Shown here: piece by piece, positions 19,055-29,124 of the stretch
How positions within the stretch are numbered: position 1 is the first letter of the stretch
Layout: each line of letters starts with the position of its first letter
The notes under the pieces: generated by a model
Told to the model about the DNA's origin: nothing
Seen by the model: the letters and a program-made list of their open reading frames with translations, nothing else
Databases searched by the model: none
Assembly: GCF_046299655.1 (NCBI RefSeq)
Contig: NZ_JBKBHZ010000007.1
Location: forward strand, 7,370-71,369
Origin: Thermosynechococcus sp.
GTDB lineage: Bacteria; Cyanobacteriota; Cyanobacteriia; Thermosynechococcales; Thermosynechococcaceae
Direction of reading: 5' to 3'
Length of the DNA stretch: 64,000 nucleotides
Translations under genes and position numbers: made by a program

Positions 19055-20863
19055 CTAGATTTCTTTTGCAGTTTTAGCGGCTTTGACGGGCGTCACATGG
19101 AGTTCCTTGAGTTGCTGCGGTTCCACACTACTGGGGGCACCGGTGAGTAAACAGCGCGCTTGCTGCGTTTTCGGAAAGGCAATCGTGTCGCGGATAGATT
19201 CTTCACCGGCAAGGAGCATGACTAAACGATCTAGACCATAGGCAATGCCGCCATGGGGGGGCGCTCCAAACTCAAAGGCTTCGAGAAGAAACCCAAATTT
19301 TTCTTGAACTGCTGCCTCATCCAGACCAATGGTTTCAAAGACTTGACGTTGCAATTCCGGTCGATAGATGCGCAAGCTGCCGCCGCCCACCTCGTAGCCG
19401 TTGAAGATGAGATCATAGGCTTGGGCACGGGCGGTTTTGAGATCGGCAAGATCAGCGGGATGGGGCGCTGTAAAGGGGTGGTGCAAGGCCTCAAGGCGCT
19501 GCTCTTCGGCGTTCCACTCAAACAGCGGAAAATCCACTACCCACAACAGATGAATGGCCGTCGGATCAATGAGGTTAAATTCACGGGCAATTCTCTGCCG
19601 CAGGCGATCGAGGGTTTTATTCACCGTTGCCCTGTCCCCTGCCCCAAAGAGGAGAAGATGCCCCGGCTCGGCACCGGTACGCTTGAGGAGCATCGCTTTT
19701 TGCTCTGGGGAAAGATTATCTTTGATGGCACCAATGGTGTCCATCTCGCCGTTGTCACGAACGCGGATATAGGCCAATCCTTTGGCGCCGGCAGTGGTGG
19801 CCTCCTGGAAGAGATCGCCCCCGGGTTTAATGCGCACGTTGGAGATGCGATCGCTGCCATTGGGAATGGGCAAAATTTTTACCACACCCCCTTGGGCGAT
19901 CGCCCCACTAAAGACTTTGAAACCCGAATCTTTCAGAATATCGGAGACATCTACCAGTTCAAGGCCATAGCGGGTATCGGGTTTATCGGTGCCATAGCGA
20001 TCCATGGCCTCTTGGTAACTCAGGCGGGGAAAGGGCCGCGCTAGATCAATCCCCTTCACGGTCTTGAAAACATGGCAAATCAGTGCTTCGTTGAGATCAA
20101 TAATTTCATCCTGATCCATGAAGCTCATCTCCATGTCCAGTTGCGTAAATTCGGGTTGGCGATCGGCGCGTAAATCCTCATCGCGAAAACAGCGGGCAAT
20201 CTGGTAGTAGCGATCGCACCCCGCCACCATCAACAACTGCTTGAACAACTGCGGCGATTGAGGCAGAGCAAACCATTCCCCTGGATTCACCCGACTGGGC
20301 ACTAAATAATCGCGGGCACCCTCCGGAGTCGAGCGAGTGAGAATGGGCGTTTCCACTTCAATAAAGCCGGCTTCGTCCTCTAAGAAGCGGCGCATGGCTT
20401 GGACAACGCGATGGCGTAACTGTAAATTCCGTGCCATCCGTTCCCGCCGTAGATCAAGATAGCGGTAGCGCAGCCGCACCTCTTCCCGCACTTGCTCATT
20501 CTCGGTGCTGGAGATGGCAAAGGGGAGTTGTTGGCGCACCGTATTGAGGACATCAATGTGATCGGCGTAGATCTCGATCTCGCCAGTGGCCAATTTCGGA
20601 TTGACAGACTCCGCCGGACGCTTGCTGACCCGGCCCATGACTTTCACCACATACTCACTGCGCAGGCGATCAGCTTGAGCATAGGAGTCGGGAGTGCGCT
20701 GGGGGTCACTGACAATTTGGATAATGCCGGAGCGATCGCGCAGGTCAATAAAGATCACGCCGCCATGATCTCGCCGCCGATCCACCCAACCGTAGAGGGT
20801 GACCGTTGTTCCGACATCTGTTAGCCGAACATCGCCACAGTAGTGTGTGCGCATAGACCCCAA
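19055..20863 (-). CDS. aspS: Aspartate--tRNA ligase
   Basis: 602 aa with an OB-fold N-terminus, class II motifs ([25 protein letters not shown]) and the GAD insertion domain. Confidence 0.95.
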   Translation of the reverse strand: MGSMRTHYCGDVRLTDVGTTVTLYGWVDRRRDHGGVIFIDLRDRSGIIQIVSDPQRTPDSYAQADRLRSEYVVKVMGRVSKRPAESVNPKLATGEIEIYADHIDVLNTVRQQLPFAISSTENEQVREEVRLRYRYLDLRRERMARNLQLRHRVVQAMRRFLEDEAGFIEVETPILTRSTPEGARDYLVPSRVNPGEWFALPQSPQLFKQLLMVAGCDRYYQIARCFRDEDLRADRQPEFTQLDMEMSFMDQDEIIDLNEALICHVFKTVKGIDLARPFPRLSYQEAMDRYGTDKPDTRYGLELVDVSDILKDSGFKVFSGAIAQGGVVKILPIPNGSDRISNVRIKPGGDLFQEATTAGAKGLAYIRVRDNGEMDTIGAIKDNLSPEQKAMLLKRTGAEPGHLLLFGAGDRATVNKTLDRLRQRIAREFNLIDPTAIHLLWVVDFPLFEWNAEEQRLEALHHPFTAPHPADLADLKTARAQAYDLIFNGYEVGGGSLRIYRPELQRQVFETIGLDEAAVQEKFGFLLEAFEFGAPPHGGIAYGLDRLVMLLAGEESIRDTIAFPKTQQARCLLTGAPSSVEPQQLKELHVTPVKAAKTAKEI

Positions 20864-21114
20864 TGATTTGTGAGTATGTTGGTAAAGCCTTACTATTTTA
20901 GCCGCTCACCGCCCTGGCGTTAGCAGGGCATCCCCAAGGAATCACCGGTTTGCAAGAGGGCTGCCCTTTAGAAATCGCAACAGATATTTACAAGACTTCA
21001 TGTGGATTCCCTAACTTTAGTTGCGGCTTTCACAGAATTTACCCCAATTTTCAAGGGGCAACGTATGGTAGTAGATAGGCAAAATCTAAAGAAAACCTTA
21101 AAAGGAGGGCAAGT

Positions 21115-21327
21115 ATGACTCCCTCTCTGCTACGTCAGTTCTGGCACTTCGTTGAGCAAGCACAGGTGGGACGCTTGTTAAGTATGGATGATCACACCCT
21201 ACAGGGGTGGCTAGTGACGCAGTTTACGGATATCTATCCCCTAGAGTACCAGCAGCGCTATCATCTAGAGCGCTACATTTCCTCGCGCCTTTCTCTGATC
21301 CGAGAGGTGGCCAGCGATCGCCTCTAG
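21115..21327 (+). CDS. Hypothetical small protein (70 aa)
   Basis: A strong SD (AAAGGAGGG) lies 6 nt upstream of the ATG. No domain recognised. Confidence 0.5.
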   Translation: MTPSLLRQFWHFVEQAQVGRLLSMDDHTLQGWLVTQFTDIYPLEYQQRYHLERYISSRLSLIREVASDRL

Positions 21328-21360
21328 GAACCCAGCAGGCCACGCAGCCCTCAAAACAAG

Positions 21361-23148
21361 TTGAGAACAGTTTTGACACGTTGCGGCACAGCCTTACCAA
21401 ACCAGCCCATGATCCATGTCCATCAACGCCGCTGGCGCAAGAGAGCGATCGCCCTAGGGGTCTTTTTTTTCATCCTGCTCTTCCCTTGGCCAAGTGTAGC
21501 GCAGGGGATGCTGCCGGGGATGAGCCAGACTGGCGTTGCTCCCCCACCCCCCGGTGTCACCCGCCTTGGCGAGCTAGAAATTACCGAGGTGCGCTTTGAT
21601 GGCAGTGACCTTTTTACCATTGCTGCACCCACGGTGCGCGATCGCACTCATCCCGGTGAGGCGATTCCTGTGGAAGTTCGGGCCGAACTCATTCAATCCA
21701 ACCTGCGGCGGGTGCTCCACAGTGCCCTTGCCAAGCGGCGGCGATCGCCAGAATTGGTAAATATTGGCGTTGCCCGTCTCAATAATGTTTTGGTCATTAG
21801 TGCCCGCATTGGCCAAGCGGAACGCACCACTCGCCTTTTGACGGTGACAGAGGCCGACAGCGACTACCATCAACTGCCCCCCGACACCCTTGCCCAGCAG
21901 TGGCGGGATATTTTGCAGGCGCAGATGAACCGAGCCGTTCAGGAACGAACCCATACCGCCTTAATCGCCCAAGTTCAGGAAGCGCTTCTCATCTCCTTGA
22001 GGGTGGCCGGGGGAAGCTTCCTCCTCTTTCTTGGGCAGCAGGTGCTCCTGCGTCAACACCAGCATCTACAGGGACAACTTGAGAGAGTGGTTACCCAGAC
22101 CTCGGAACCAGAGTGGCTTTTCCCTTTTTTACCCCATCTGCGCCAGCATTTTTTCCTCAAACAGCGGATCAAGCTGATTCGTCTGGTGCGCTATCTGCTG
22201 TTGTGGGGACAAGTGGCTTTGTGGCTGCTCGGCGTAGCGGCAGTTTTGCGTCTCTTTCCCATGACCCGCTGGCTGAGTTCCCAAGTCTATGGTCTGCCGA
22301 TTCTCTGGATGGTGGTGTGGTTTGGCACGGGGCTACTGAACCAATTTGCTGATTTAGCTCTTGATCGCCTGCGCGTTTTCTGGGAGCAAAATAATCTGCT
22401 CAAGTTTGCCGATACGCAGCGCCGAACCCTGCGGGTAAGCACCACGGTGGAGGTGATGCGCAGTTGTAAGACCGCTGTGATCTATCTCACTCGACTCGTG
22501 GTCATCCTTGGCTCTTTAGGGGTGCCAGTGTCCTCCATCTTGGCGGTGGGAGGCTTTTTAGCCTTGGCCATTTCCTTGGGGTCGCAAAACTTGATCAAGG
22601 ACATCATCAATGGTCTGCTCATTGTCTGGGAGGATCAGTACGGCATTGGCGATGTGGTGGAAATTGACCCCTACTCAGGGGTGGTAGAAAACTTGAATTT
22701 ACGCATTACGCAGTTGCGCAACGCTGAGGGTAAGCTGATTACAATTCCCAACAGTATGATTACCAAGGTGGCCAACTTAACCCGTACGTGGTCGCGGGTG
22801 AATCTTGAACTGTGGGTGGATGTGGAGACCAATCCCGATCGCTTACTCTCGCTATTAGAGGACCTTAGTCGTCGCTTTTATGAAGAGCCTGAGTGGCAAC
22901 TTAAGATGTTGGAGCCACCGCAGATCCTCGGGATTGATGAGATTACCGCCAGCGGCTTGCTCGTGCGCATTTGGATGAAGACACAACCAGGACAACAATG
23001 GACGGTAGGGCGGGAGTTTCGGCGGCGGCTGCTCAACCTCATGGCCGCAGAGGGGATTGCTGTGGGGCGGCTACATCAACAGCTTCACTGGGGGGGCGAT
23101 CGCAACGGTCAAGGTGAAAATGTGAATCCTTCTCCCTTGGAATCGTGA
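21361..23148 (+). CDS. Mechanosensitive ion channel (MscS family) protein
   Basis: 595 aa with multiple TM helices, then the MscS core ...NLIKDIINGLLIVWEDQYGIGDVVEI...GKLITIPNS. The start is uncertain (TTG at 21361 or ATG at 21409). Confidence 0.85.
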   Translation: MRTVLTRCGTALPNQPMIHVHQRRWRKRAIALGVFFFILLFPWPSVAQGMLPGMSQTGVAPPPPGVTRLGELEITEVRFDGSDLFTIAAPTVRDRTHPGEAIPVEVRAELIQSNLRRVLHSALAKRRRSPELVNIGVARLNNVLVISARIGQAERTTRLLTVTEADSDYHQLPPDTLAQQWRDILQAQMNRAVQERTHTALIAQVQEALLISLRVAGGSFLLFLGQQVLLRQHQHLQGQLERVVTQTSEPEWLFPFLPHLRQHFFLKQRIKLIRLVRYLLLWGQVALWLLGVAAVLRLFPMTRWLSSQVYGLPILWMVVWFGTGLLNQFADLALDRLRVFWEQNNLLKFADTQRRTLRVSTTVEVMRSCKTAVIYLTRLVVILGSLGVPVSSILAVGGFLALAISLGSQNLIKDIINGLLIVWEDQYGIGDVVEIDPYSGVVENLNLRITQLRNAEGKLITIPNSMITKVANLTRTWSRVNLELWVDVETNPDRLLSLLEDLSRRFYEEPEWQLKMLEPPQILGIDEITASGLLVRIWMKTQPGQQWTVGREFRRRLLNLMAAEGIAVGRLHQQLHWGGDRNGQGENVNPSPLES

Positions 23149-23150
23149 TC

Positions 23151-24425
23151 ATGGGTCGGTGTATTTTAGTCATTGGCGGTGGTGCTGCTGGCTTTTTTGG
23201 GGCGATCGCCTGTGCGACAACGAACCCCCGCGATCGCATCACGATTTTGGAAGCCGGCGCCACGGTGCTCAGCAAGGTGCGTCTCTCTGGCGGGGGGCGC
23301 TGCAATGTCACCCACCACTGTTTTGATCCAGCGCTGCTCGTGCAGCACTATCCCCGTGGGGGCAAGGCGCTGCGGGGTGCCTTTAGCCGCTTTCAACCCC
23401 AAGACACGATTGCTTGGTTTGAGGCACGGGGGGTGCAGTTAAAAACCGAGGCCGATGGGCGCGTCTTTCCCGCCAGTGATGACTCAGAAACGATTGTCAA
23501 CTGTCTGGTGCAGGAGGCAACGGCCTTGGGCATCCACATCCGCACGCGGGCAGGGGTGAAGGAAATTGCGAAGGTTAGCTCTGCGTTTCACGTTACTCTC
23601 GCTCAGCAGCCCTCACCCCTTGTGGGCGATCGCGTCCTCTTGGCCACAGGCAGCAGTCCCCAAGGCTATCGCTTGGCGGCGCAATTGGGACACCGCATTA
23701 TTCCCCCCGTGCCTTCCCTGTTTACGTTTCAAGTGGAGGATCCCCTCTTGCACGAGCGCGCCGGCGTCAGTGTTGACCCCGTGCAGGCTACCCTCAAATT
23801 GCCACAACAGCCTGCCTTGACCCAAAGCGGCGCCATTCTTGTGACCCATTGGGGCTTGAGTGGGCCAGTGATCTTGAAGCTCTCGGCGTGGGGAGCGCGG
23901 GCCTTAGCAGCGCAGAACTATCGCGGCACCTTGGTGGTAAATTGGCTTCCTCACCTCTCTTTGCCCCAGATTCAAGCAGAGTTGGCCGCCTGTCGTAGCC
24001 GTAGCCCCAAGCGGGCGATCGCTAACCATTGTCCCTTTCCCTTACCGCGTCGCCTCTGGCGCTATTGGACAACCAGGTTGGGAATTCCCCCTGAGCAAAC
24101 GTGGGCGCACCTGAGCAAAAAACAACTGCTGGCACTGGCAGCGGCCTTACACCAAGGTTCATTTGCGATCGCGGGCAAGGGCGCCTTCAAGGAGGAGTTT
24201 GTCACCTGTGGCGGGGTAGATCTGAAGGACGTGGATTTTAGAACCATGGCCAGCCGCCGCTGTGAGGGGCTGTTCTTCGCGGGGGAAATTCTCGATATTG
24301 ACGGGGTGACGGGGGGCTTCAACCTGCAAAGCGCGTGGACAACGGGCTGGATTGCCGGTCAGGGATTGGCTGTGGGTTCGACAGGCACCGTTTCGGCAGG
24401 GGCTTCCACCGCCACCCTCTCTTGA
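23151..24425 (+). CDS. HI0933/BaiN-like NAD(P)/FAD-dependent oxidoreductase
   Basis: ILVIGGGAAGFFGAI, GGGRCNVTH and C-terminal GEILDIDGVTGGFNLQ are hallmarks of the family. Confidence 0.85.
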   Translation: MGRCILVIGGGAAGFFGAIACATTNPRDRITILEAGATVLSKVRLSGGGRCNVTHHCFDPALLVQHYPRGGKALRGAFSRFQPQDTIAWFEARGVQLKTEADGRVFPASDDSETIVNCLVQEATALGIHIRTRAGVKEIAKVSSAFHVTLAQQPSPLVGDRVLLATGSSPQGYRLAAQLGHRIIPPVPSLFTFQVEDPLLHERAGVSVDPVQATLKLPQQPALTQSGAILVTHWGLSGPVILKLSAWGARALAAQNYRGTLVVNWLPHLSLPQIQAELAACRSRSPKRAIANHCPFPLPRRLWRYWTTRLGIPPEQTWAHLSKKQLLALAAALHQGSFAIAGKGAFKEEFVTCGGVDLKDVDFRTMASRRCEGLFFAGEILDIDGVTGGFNLQSAWTTGWIAGQGLAVGSTGTVSAGASTATLS

Positions 24426-25120
24426 GCGGCGGCTTGGAGGGCAAGGGGTTCGCTCTCTTTTTGTTTGAGGTTGAGGGGCAGCCGCAGGGGTTGTAGCTCG
24501 GGTTGTAGGGCGGGTGCCAAGGGGAGTGACTGATCCAAATCCTCAAGGGGACGAGGCACCAACATCACAGCATGGAGTTCCCCAATGCGATCCGCTTCGG
24601 CCATCCCTGCCTCAAGGGCGATCGCCGTATTGGAGGCGGTACCGCGAATAATGGCCGTACACAGACCGGCGCCAATGGTCTCGTAGGCTGTTAGCATCAC
24701 ATCTGCGGCCTTGAGCATGGCATCCGCCGCCCCCACCATGGCCGGAAAGCCACGGGTTTCCAATAGACCCACGGCGTAGCTACTGAGGCGATGGCCGCGA
24801 TGTTTAGAGGCAATCTGGGCAAGAAGACTACCAATGGGGAGGATTTTCTCTAGGTTGGGATCGGGGCGGGGAATGACTAAGGTACTCAGTTCTTGACCAA
24901 ATTGCCGTGCCCGTTCGGCACCCTCTTCTACCGCCAGACGCACATCGGCAATCTGACCGCGCACCACGGCAGTACAGTGGCCACCGCCAATTTTTTCGTA
25001 GCCCACAAGGAGGACATCGGAGGATTTGAGCATGTGATCGGCAATGCCCACGATTGCCGGAAAGCTCTGGGCGGAGACTAAACCCAAGGCTAAATCCGTA
25101 AAGTCATCCCGTCGCTCCAT
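24359..25120 (-). CDS. ccmO: Carboxysome shell protein with tandem BMC domains (CcmO-like)
   Basis: 253 aa with two canonical BMC domains (LGLVSAQSFPAIVGIADHMLKSSDVLLVGYEKIGGGHCTAVVRG and VGLLETRGFPAMVGAADAMLKAADVMLTAYETIGAGLCTAIIRG) plus a Pro/Leu-rich tail. The tail overlaps the upstream convergent gene by 67 nt. Confidence 0.8.
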   Translation of the reverse strand: MERRDDFTDLALGLVSAQSFPAIVGIADHMLKSSDVLLVGYEKIGGGHCTAVVRGQIADVRLAVEEGAERARQFGQELSTLVIPRPDPNLEKILPIGSLLAQIASKHRGHRLSSYAVGLLETRGFPAMVGAADAMLKAADVMLTAYETIGAGLCTAIIRGTASNTAIALEAGMAEADRIGELHAVMLVPRPLEDLDQSLPLAPALQPELQPLRLPLNLKQKESEPLALQAAAQERVAVEAPAETVPVEPTANP

Positions 25121-25132
25121 GGGCGAAATTCG

Positions 25133-25885
25133 TCAATCCAAATGTACTGAGTTTACTTCTATCTTAGCGGTTGGGTTGCGGAGGGCGCGGATGCCCCAAA
25201 AAGCCAAATGATCGTCCTCGCACCAGCGATCAGGGTCTAAGAATGTTCGTAATAGCCCACTGAGAAAGGGGCGATCGCCCCCAGTGACAATCGCCTTGCC
25301 TTGGGGAGACTCCTGAAAAAAGGCGCCCAAGTAGCTGTGCAGCACGGCGGCAGTGCCGTAGTAAAGACCGCTTTCAATCGCTGTGGTGGTGGTGGTACCC
25401 CACCGCGGGGGCGGTTCGGTGGGGATGGCTAGCCAGGGTAAAGCGGCTGTGTAATCCGCCAATGCCCGCGCCATTAACCCAACGCCGGGGAAAATAACCC
25501 CGCCTGCGAATTCGCCGCGCTCGTTGGCAAGGGTCAAGGTTAAGGCGGTGCCCCCATCCACCACACATACCGGTGCCCCATAAACTTGGAGCGCGCCCCA
25601 GAGGGCAAGGGCACGGTCAATGCCCAAGGTTGGGTACATCCGAGGAATGGGAATATCCTCAAGGGTGAGGGCGATCGCGCTCGGATAGACTTGGTGCAGT
25701 GGTACAGAACCAACACTCGCCCCCCAGCAGGGGAGGTTGGGATAGGCTTGGGCAGGGTTGACGGCTAATTCCTCAAGGGGCAAGTGCCAAGTGCGGCTGA
25801 GGTGTTCACCCGTAAAGAGCGCCCAGTGCTGCCGACTATTGCCAATGATCAGGGCGAACCAGTGATTACTTTGTGGAGACACCAT
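25133..25885 (-). CDS. coaX: Type III pantothenate kinase
   Basis: 250 aa, ALIIGNSRQHWALF ... VDGGTALT, Baf/CoaX family. Confidence 0.85.
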   Translation of the reverse strand: MVSPQSNHWFALIIGNSRQHWALFTGEHLSRTWHLPLEELAVNPAQAYPNLPCWGASVGSVPLHQVYPSAIALTLEDIPIPRMYPTLGIDRALALWGALQVYGAPVCVVDGGTALTLTLANERGEFAGGVIFPGVGLMARALADYTAALPWLAIPTEPPPRWGTTTTTAIESGLYYGTAAVLHSYLGAFFQESPQGKAIVTGGDRPFLSGLLRTFLDPDRWCEDDHLAFWGIRALRNPTAKIEVNSVHLD

Positions 25886-26267
25886 CCACTTCTTCTGGAT
25901 CGATGAGATAGAGATGAATATGTTTATATCCCGGCTTGATTTTAAAAGTATCCCCCGGCTTTAGGTTCATCGCTTTGGTATAGGCAGAACCAATGACAAT
26001 CTGACCGTTTTGGTGCACTTTCACCCGATAGGAGGGCGATCGCCCTCGTCCTGATTGACTGTTGGCTTCTTTTTCCGATGAGTGTACCTCTAGTCCCTTG
26101 GCAGCGAGTACCGCTTCGTAAAATTTCCCCAGGTTGACCCGCACCTCACCGAATTTTGTGACGCGATAGTAGCCACAAAGCTTTGCAGCTTCCCTACAGG
26201 ATACAGAACCCAGTTCACTTAAGCGCTGCAGGAGTGCTTTACCAGTTAGGGGCTTCGGTTTTTCCAT
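25866..26267 (-). CDS. Cyanobacterial AbrB-family transcriptional regulator (cyAbrB)
   Basis: 133 aa. A C-terminal SpoVT/AbrB-like domain (YRVKVHQNGQIVIGSAYTKAMNLKPGDTFKIK) combined with this N-terminal domain is typical of cyAbrB (CalA/CalB-type). Confidence 0.85.
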   Translation of the reverse strand: MEKPKPLTGKALLQRLSELGSVSCREAAKLCGYYRVTKFGEVRVNLGKFYEAVLAAKGLEVHSSEKEANSQSGRGRSPSYRVKVHQNGQIVIGSAYTKAMNLKPGDTFKIKPGYKHIHLYLIDPEEVDGVSTK

Positions 26268-26688
26268 TTGGTTGATATTTCCTCTATCAGAACACTATTC
26301 AAGTGAATAAAGCAACTAAATTGTTCTTTAATCAACAGGTGCCCACACTAGAGAGAAAAAGTCTGTCTGCGAGAATAATCTGAGTAGAAATCATTAGATT
26401 TAATCAAGCTACCACTTTATTTGAAACACAAAGTACTTTTTTTAGCAATATGTTAGTTTGAAGCAATCAATATAATCATATAGTGATGCCGAATCTATTT
26501 AACAAGAAAGGGGATTTAGTGTTATTTTGTTAAGTTTTATTTATCGCTTATTGCTTTTTGAGTCAAATTTATCTACTGCACCGTGCCTCTCCAAAAGTGC
26601 GGAATACGTGTAGGCATGCAGTCTGTCAGAGCAGCCCTAGGAGACAAAAAAGCTGTATAGTGGCTGTACCCTAACGGATCAATGACGA
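26268..26688. promoter_or_regulatory. AT-rich 420 bp divergent intergenic region (cyAbrB upstream / ABC permease upstream)
   Basis: It is visibly much more AT-rich than its flanks, with no HIP1 site and no credible ORF. Confidence 0.5.
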
Positions 26689-27825
26689 ATGACCCCTTGG
26701 GAAACGTTGCGGCGCAATCCTTTGGTGATGTTTAGTTTGGGGGTGTTGCTGAGCTTGTACTTGCTGGCGATCGCCGCCGATTTTGTCGCTCCCTATAGCC
26801 CCTATGCCTTTCAAGTGGATGGTGCCCTGCTGCCCCCTACCCGCATTTATTGGCGCACGCCGCAGGGTCGGTGGATTGGGCCGCATGTCTATCCCACCCG
26901 CCTAGGTCCTGTGAACCTAGAAACCGGGGAGCGGCCTCTCATTGTGGACTGGGATGAGCCTTCGCCAATTCGCCTTTTTGTCAAGGGCAATCCCTACCGT
27001 TTCTTGGAAATTACCTTGCCGCTGCCGACGCGCTGGAGTCTGACGAATCCCCAAATTGAACCGCGCACTATTTTTGCGGGGTTTCCTAGCGATCGCCATC
27101 TCTTTGGCACGGTGGGCAAGGGCTATCTGAATCTCTTGGGAACGGATGACCAAGGACGGGATCAGTTAAGCCGGCTGCTCTTTGGTGCTCGCATCAGCCT
27201 CAGTATTGGCCTTGTGGGGGTGGCGATTTCCTTCCCAATTGGCATTCTCGTGGGGGCGATTGCCGGCTACTTTGGCGGCTGGATTGATGCAGTCTTGATG
27301 CGGAGTGTTGAGGTGCTAATGACGCTGCCGACGATCTATTTACTGGTGGCCTTAGCGGCGGTATTGCCTGCTGGCCTTAGTAGTGGTGAGCGATTTCTGT
27401 TGATCACTATCATTACCTCCTTTGTGAGTTGGGCAGGGCTAGCGCGGGTGATTCGCGGTCAAGTGCTCAGCCTCAAGGAAATGGCCTTTGTGCAAGCGGC
27501 GCAGGTGATGGGGGGGCGATCGCTCTACATTATTGTGCGGCACATTATTCCTCAAACAGCGACCTACGTGATTATTGCCGCAACCCTCTCGATTCCCAGC
27601 TTTATTGTGGCGGAATCCGTCCTGAGCCTCATTGGTCTAGGGATTCAGCAGCCGGATCCCTCTTGGGGGAATATGCTTTCTCTGGCAACGAATGTCTCAA
27701 TTTTGGTTTTGCAGCCGTGGCTCGTTTGGGCACCGGCCACGCTGATTGTGCTCACGGTGCTCTGTTTCAACATTGTCGGCGACGGTCTGCGGGATGCCCT
27801 TGATCCTAAGCGGGTAGAAAAATAG
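26689..27825 (+). CDS. ABC transporter permease (DppC/OppC-type, peptide/nickel family)
   Basis: 378 aa with the extended N-terminal region and the EAA-like motif region (FVQAAQVMGGRSLYIIVRHIIPQ). Confidence 0.88.
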   Translation: MTPWETLRRNPLVMFSLGVLLSLYLLAIAADFVAPYSPYAFQVDGALLPPTRIYWRTPQGRWIGPHVYPTRLGPVNLETGERPLIVDWDEPSPIRLFVKGNPYRFLEITLPLPTRWSLTNPQIEPRTIFAGFPSDRHLFGTVGKGYLNLLGTDDQGRDQLSRLLFGARISLSIGLVGVAISFPIGILVGAIAGYFGGWIDAVLMRSVEVLMTLPTIYLLVALAAVLPAGLSSGERFLLITIITSFVSWAGLARVIRGQVLSLKEMAFVQAAQVMGGRSLYIIVRHIIPQTATYVIIAATLSIPSFIVAESVLSLIGLGIQQPDPSWGNMLSLATNVSILVLQPWLVWAPATLIVLTVLCFNIVGDGLRDALDPKRVEK

Positions 27826-27871
27826 CCGAGACCCTTGGGATACACTAGGGGGAGATTTTCAGAAATAGGCT

Positions 27872-29050
27872 ATGAGTGGCGATCGCCGGCTCTATCGAAT
27901 TCTGGTCATTGACGATGATCCCACCACCCGCCTCTTGCTGCGGAAAAGGCTCAAGGAGCTAGGCTATCAGGTCTCCGTGGCAAGTCATGGCCGCGAGGGG
28001 ATTGCGATCGCCACTGCTGAAAAACCCGCCCTGATCATCTGCGACTGGATGATGCCTGAACTCGACGGCCTAGAGGTGTGTCGTCAAATCAAGCAGGATC
28101 AGGAACTCTCCCGCAGTTTTTTTGTGCTGCTCACTGCCAAAGGGGAGGTGGAAGACCGCATTCAGGGCTTGGATGCCGGTGCCGATGAATTCTTATCAAA
28201 GCCCATTGATCCCAATGAACTGCGGGCACGGATTCAGGCGGGTCTACGCCTTTATCAACTCAATCAAGATCTGCTCAAGCAAAAACAACTTCTTGAGGCG
28301 GAACTTCACGAGGCCGCTGATTATGTGCGATCGCTTTTGCCAGCTCCCCAAGAAGCCCCCTGCAAAATTAACTACTATTTCTTGCCCTCCAGTCAGTTGG
28401 GCGGCGATTGCTTTGACTTTTTTTGGGTGGGCGATCGCTATCTTGTCCTATACATTCTCGATATGTCAGGCCATGGCTTGGGGGCAGCCCTGCCTTCGGT
28501 CTCTGTCTTGAACCTGCTGCGCAGTACAACGCGAGGAGAGCAAACCAGCGGCACGTTTGATTATCTGCACCCTGCCCAAGTCCTCGAAGCCCTCAACAAT
28601 GGCTTTCAAATGACGGATCAGCACGAGAAGTATTTCACGATTTGGTACGGCGTGTACGATCGCCAAAGGCGGCAGTTGACCTATGCCAGTGGTGGGCACC
28701 CGCCGGCACTGCTCCTCACCCCTGAGGCTGATGGATGGCAAGCTACCCTCCTCAAGACACCGGGCATTCCCATTGGCATGTTTGCTGACATGGCATTTAC
28801 CCAAGCCACGATTGAAGTTCCCCCTTCGACAGTTCTCTATCTCTTTAGTGACGGCATCTATGAGTTTGAAACAACCGCCAATCGGGTTTGGGGCCTCGAA
28901 GCCTTTAGGGAGTTGCTCATGGCTGCCCACACCCAAGACCTCATGCCTGCATTGCCCCAGTTGATTGCCCAAGTGCAGCGCCATGCAGCGCCCGATGCCT
29001 TTGGCAGTGACGATGTTTCATTGGTGCAAGTGGCCTTTCCAGCGGCCTAA
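27872..29050 (+). CDS. Response-regulator receiver fused to a PP2C/SpoIIE phosphatase
   Basis: A CheY-like receiver (ILVIDDDP...ICDWMMPELDG...LTAKG), a coiled linker and a SpoIIE domain (GGDCFDF...LDMSGHG...SDG). Confidence 0.9.
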   Translation: MSGDRRLYRILVIDDDPTTRLLLRKRLKELGYQVSVASHGREGIAIATAEKPALIICDWMMPELDGLEVCRQIKQDQELSRSFFVLLTAKGEVEDRIQGLDAGADEFLSKPIDPNELRARIQAGLRLYQLNQDLLKQKQLLEAELHEAADYVRSLLPAPQEAPCKINYYFLPSSQLGGDCFDFFWVGDRYLVLYILDMSGHGLGAALPSVSVLNLLRSTTRGEQTSGTFDYLHPAQVLEALNNGFQMTDQHEKYFTIWYGVYDRQRRQLTYASGGHPPALLLTPEADGWQATLLKTPGIPIGMFADMAFTQATIEVPPSTVLYLFSDGIYEFETTANRVWGLEAFRELLMAAHTQDLMPALPQLIAQVQRHAAPDAFGSDDVSLVQVAFPAA

Positions 29051-29124
29051 CTTTGCATCTGAGATTGCATAATGGGACCCTTTCTGGGCAATATCCTTAA
29101 GCAGTGGCAGAGTGAAAATGAGCT

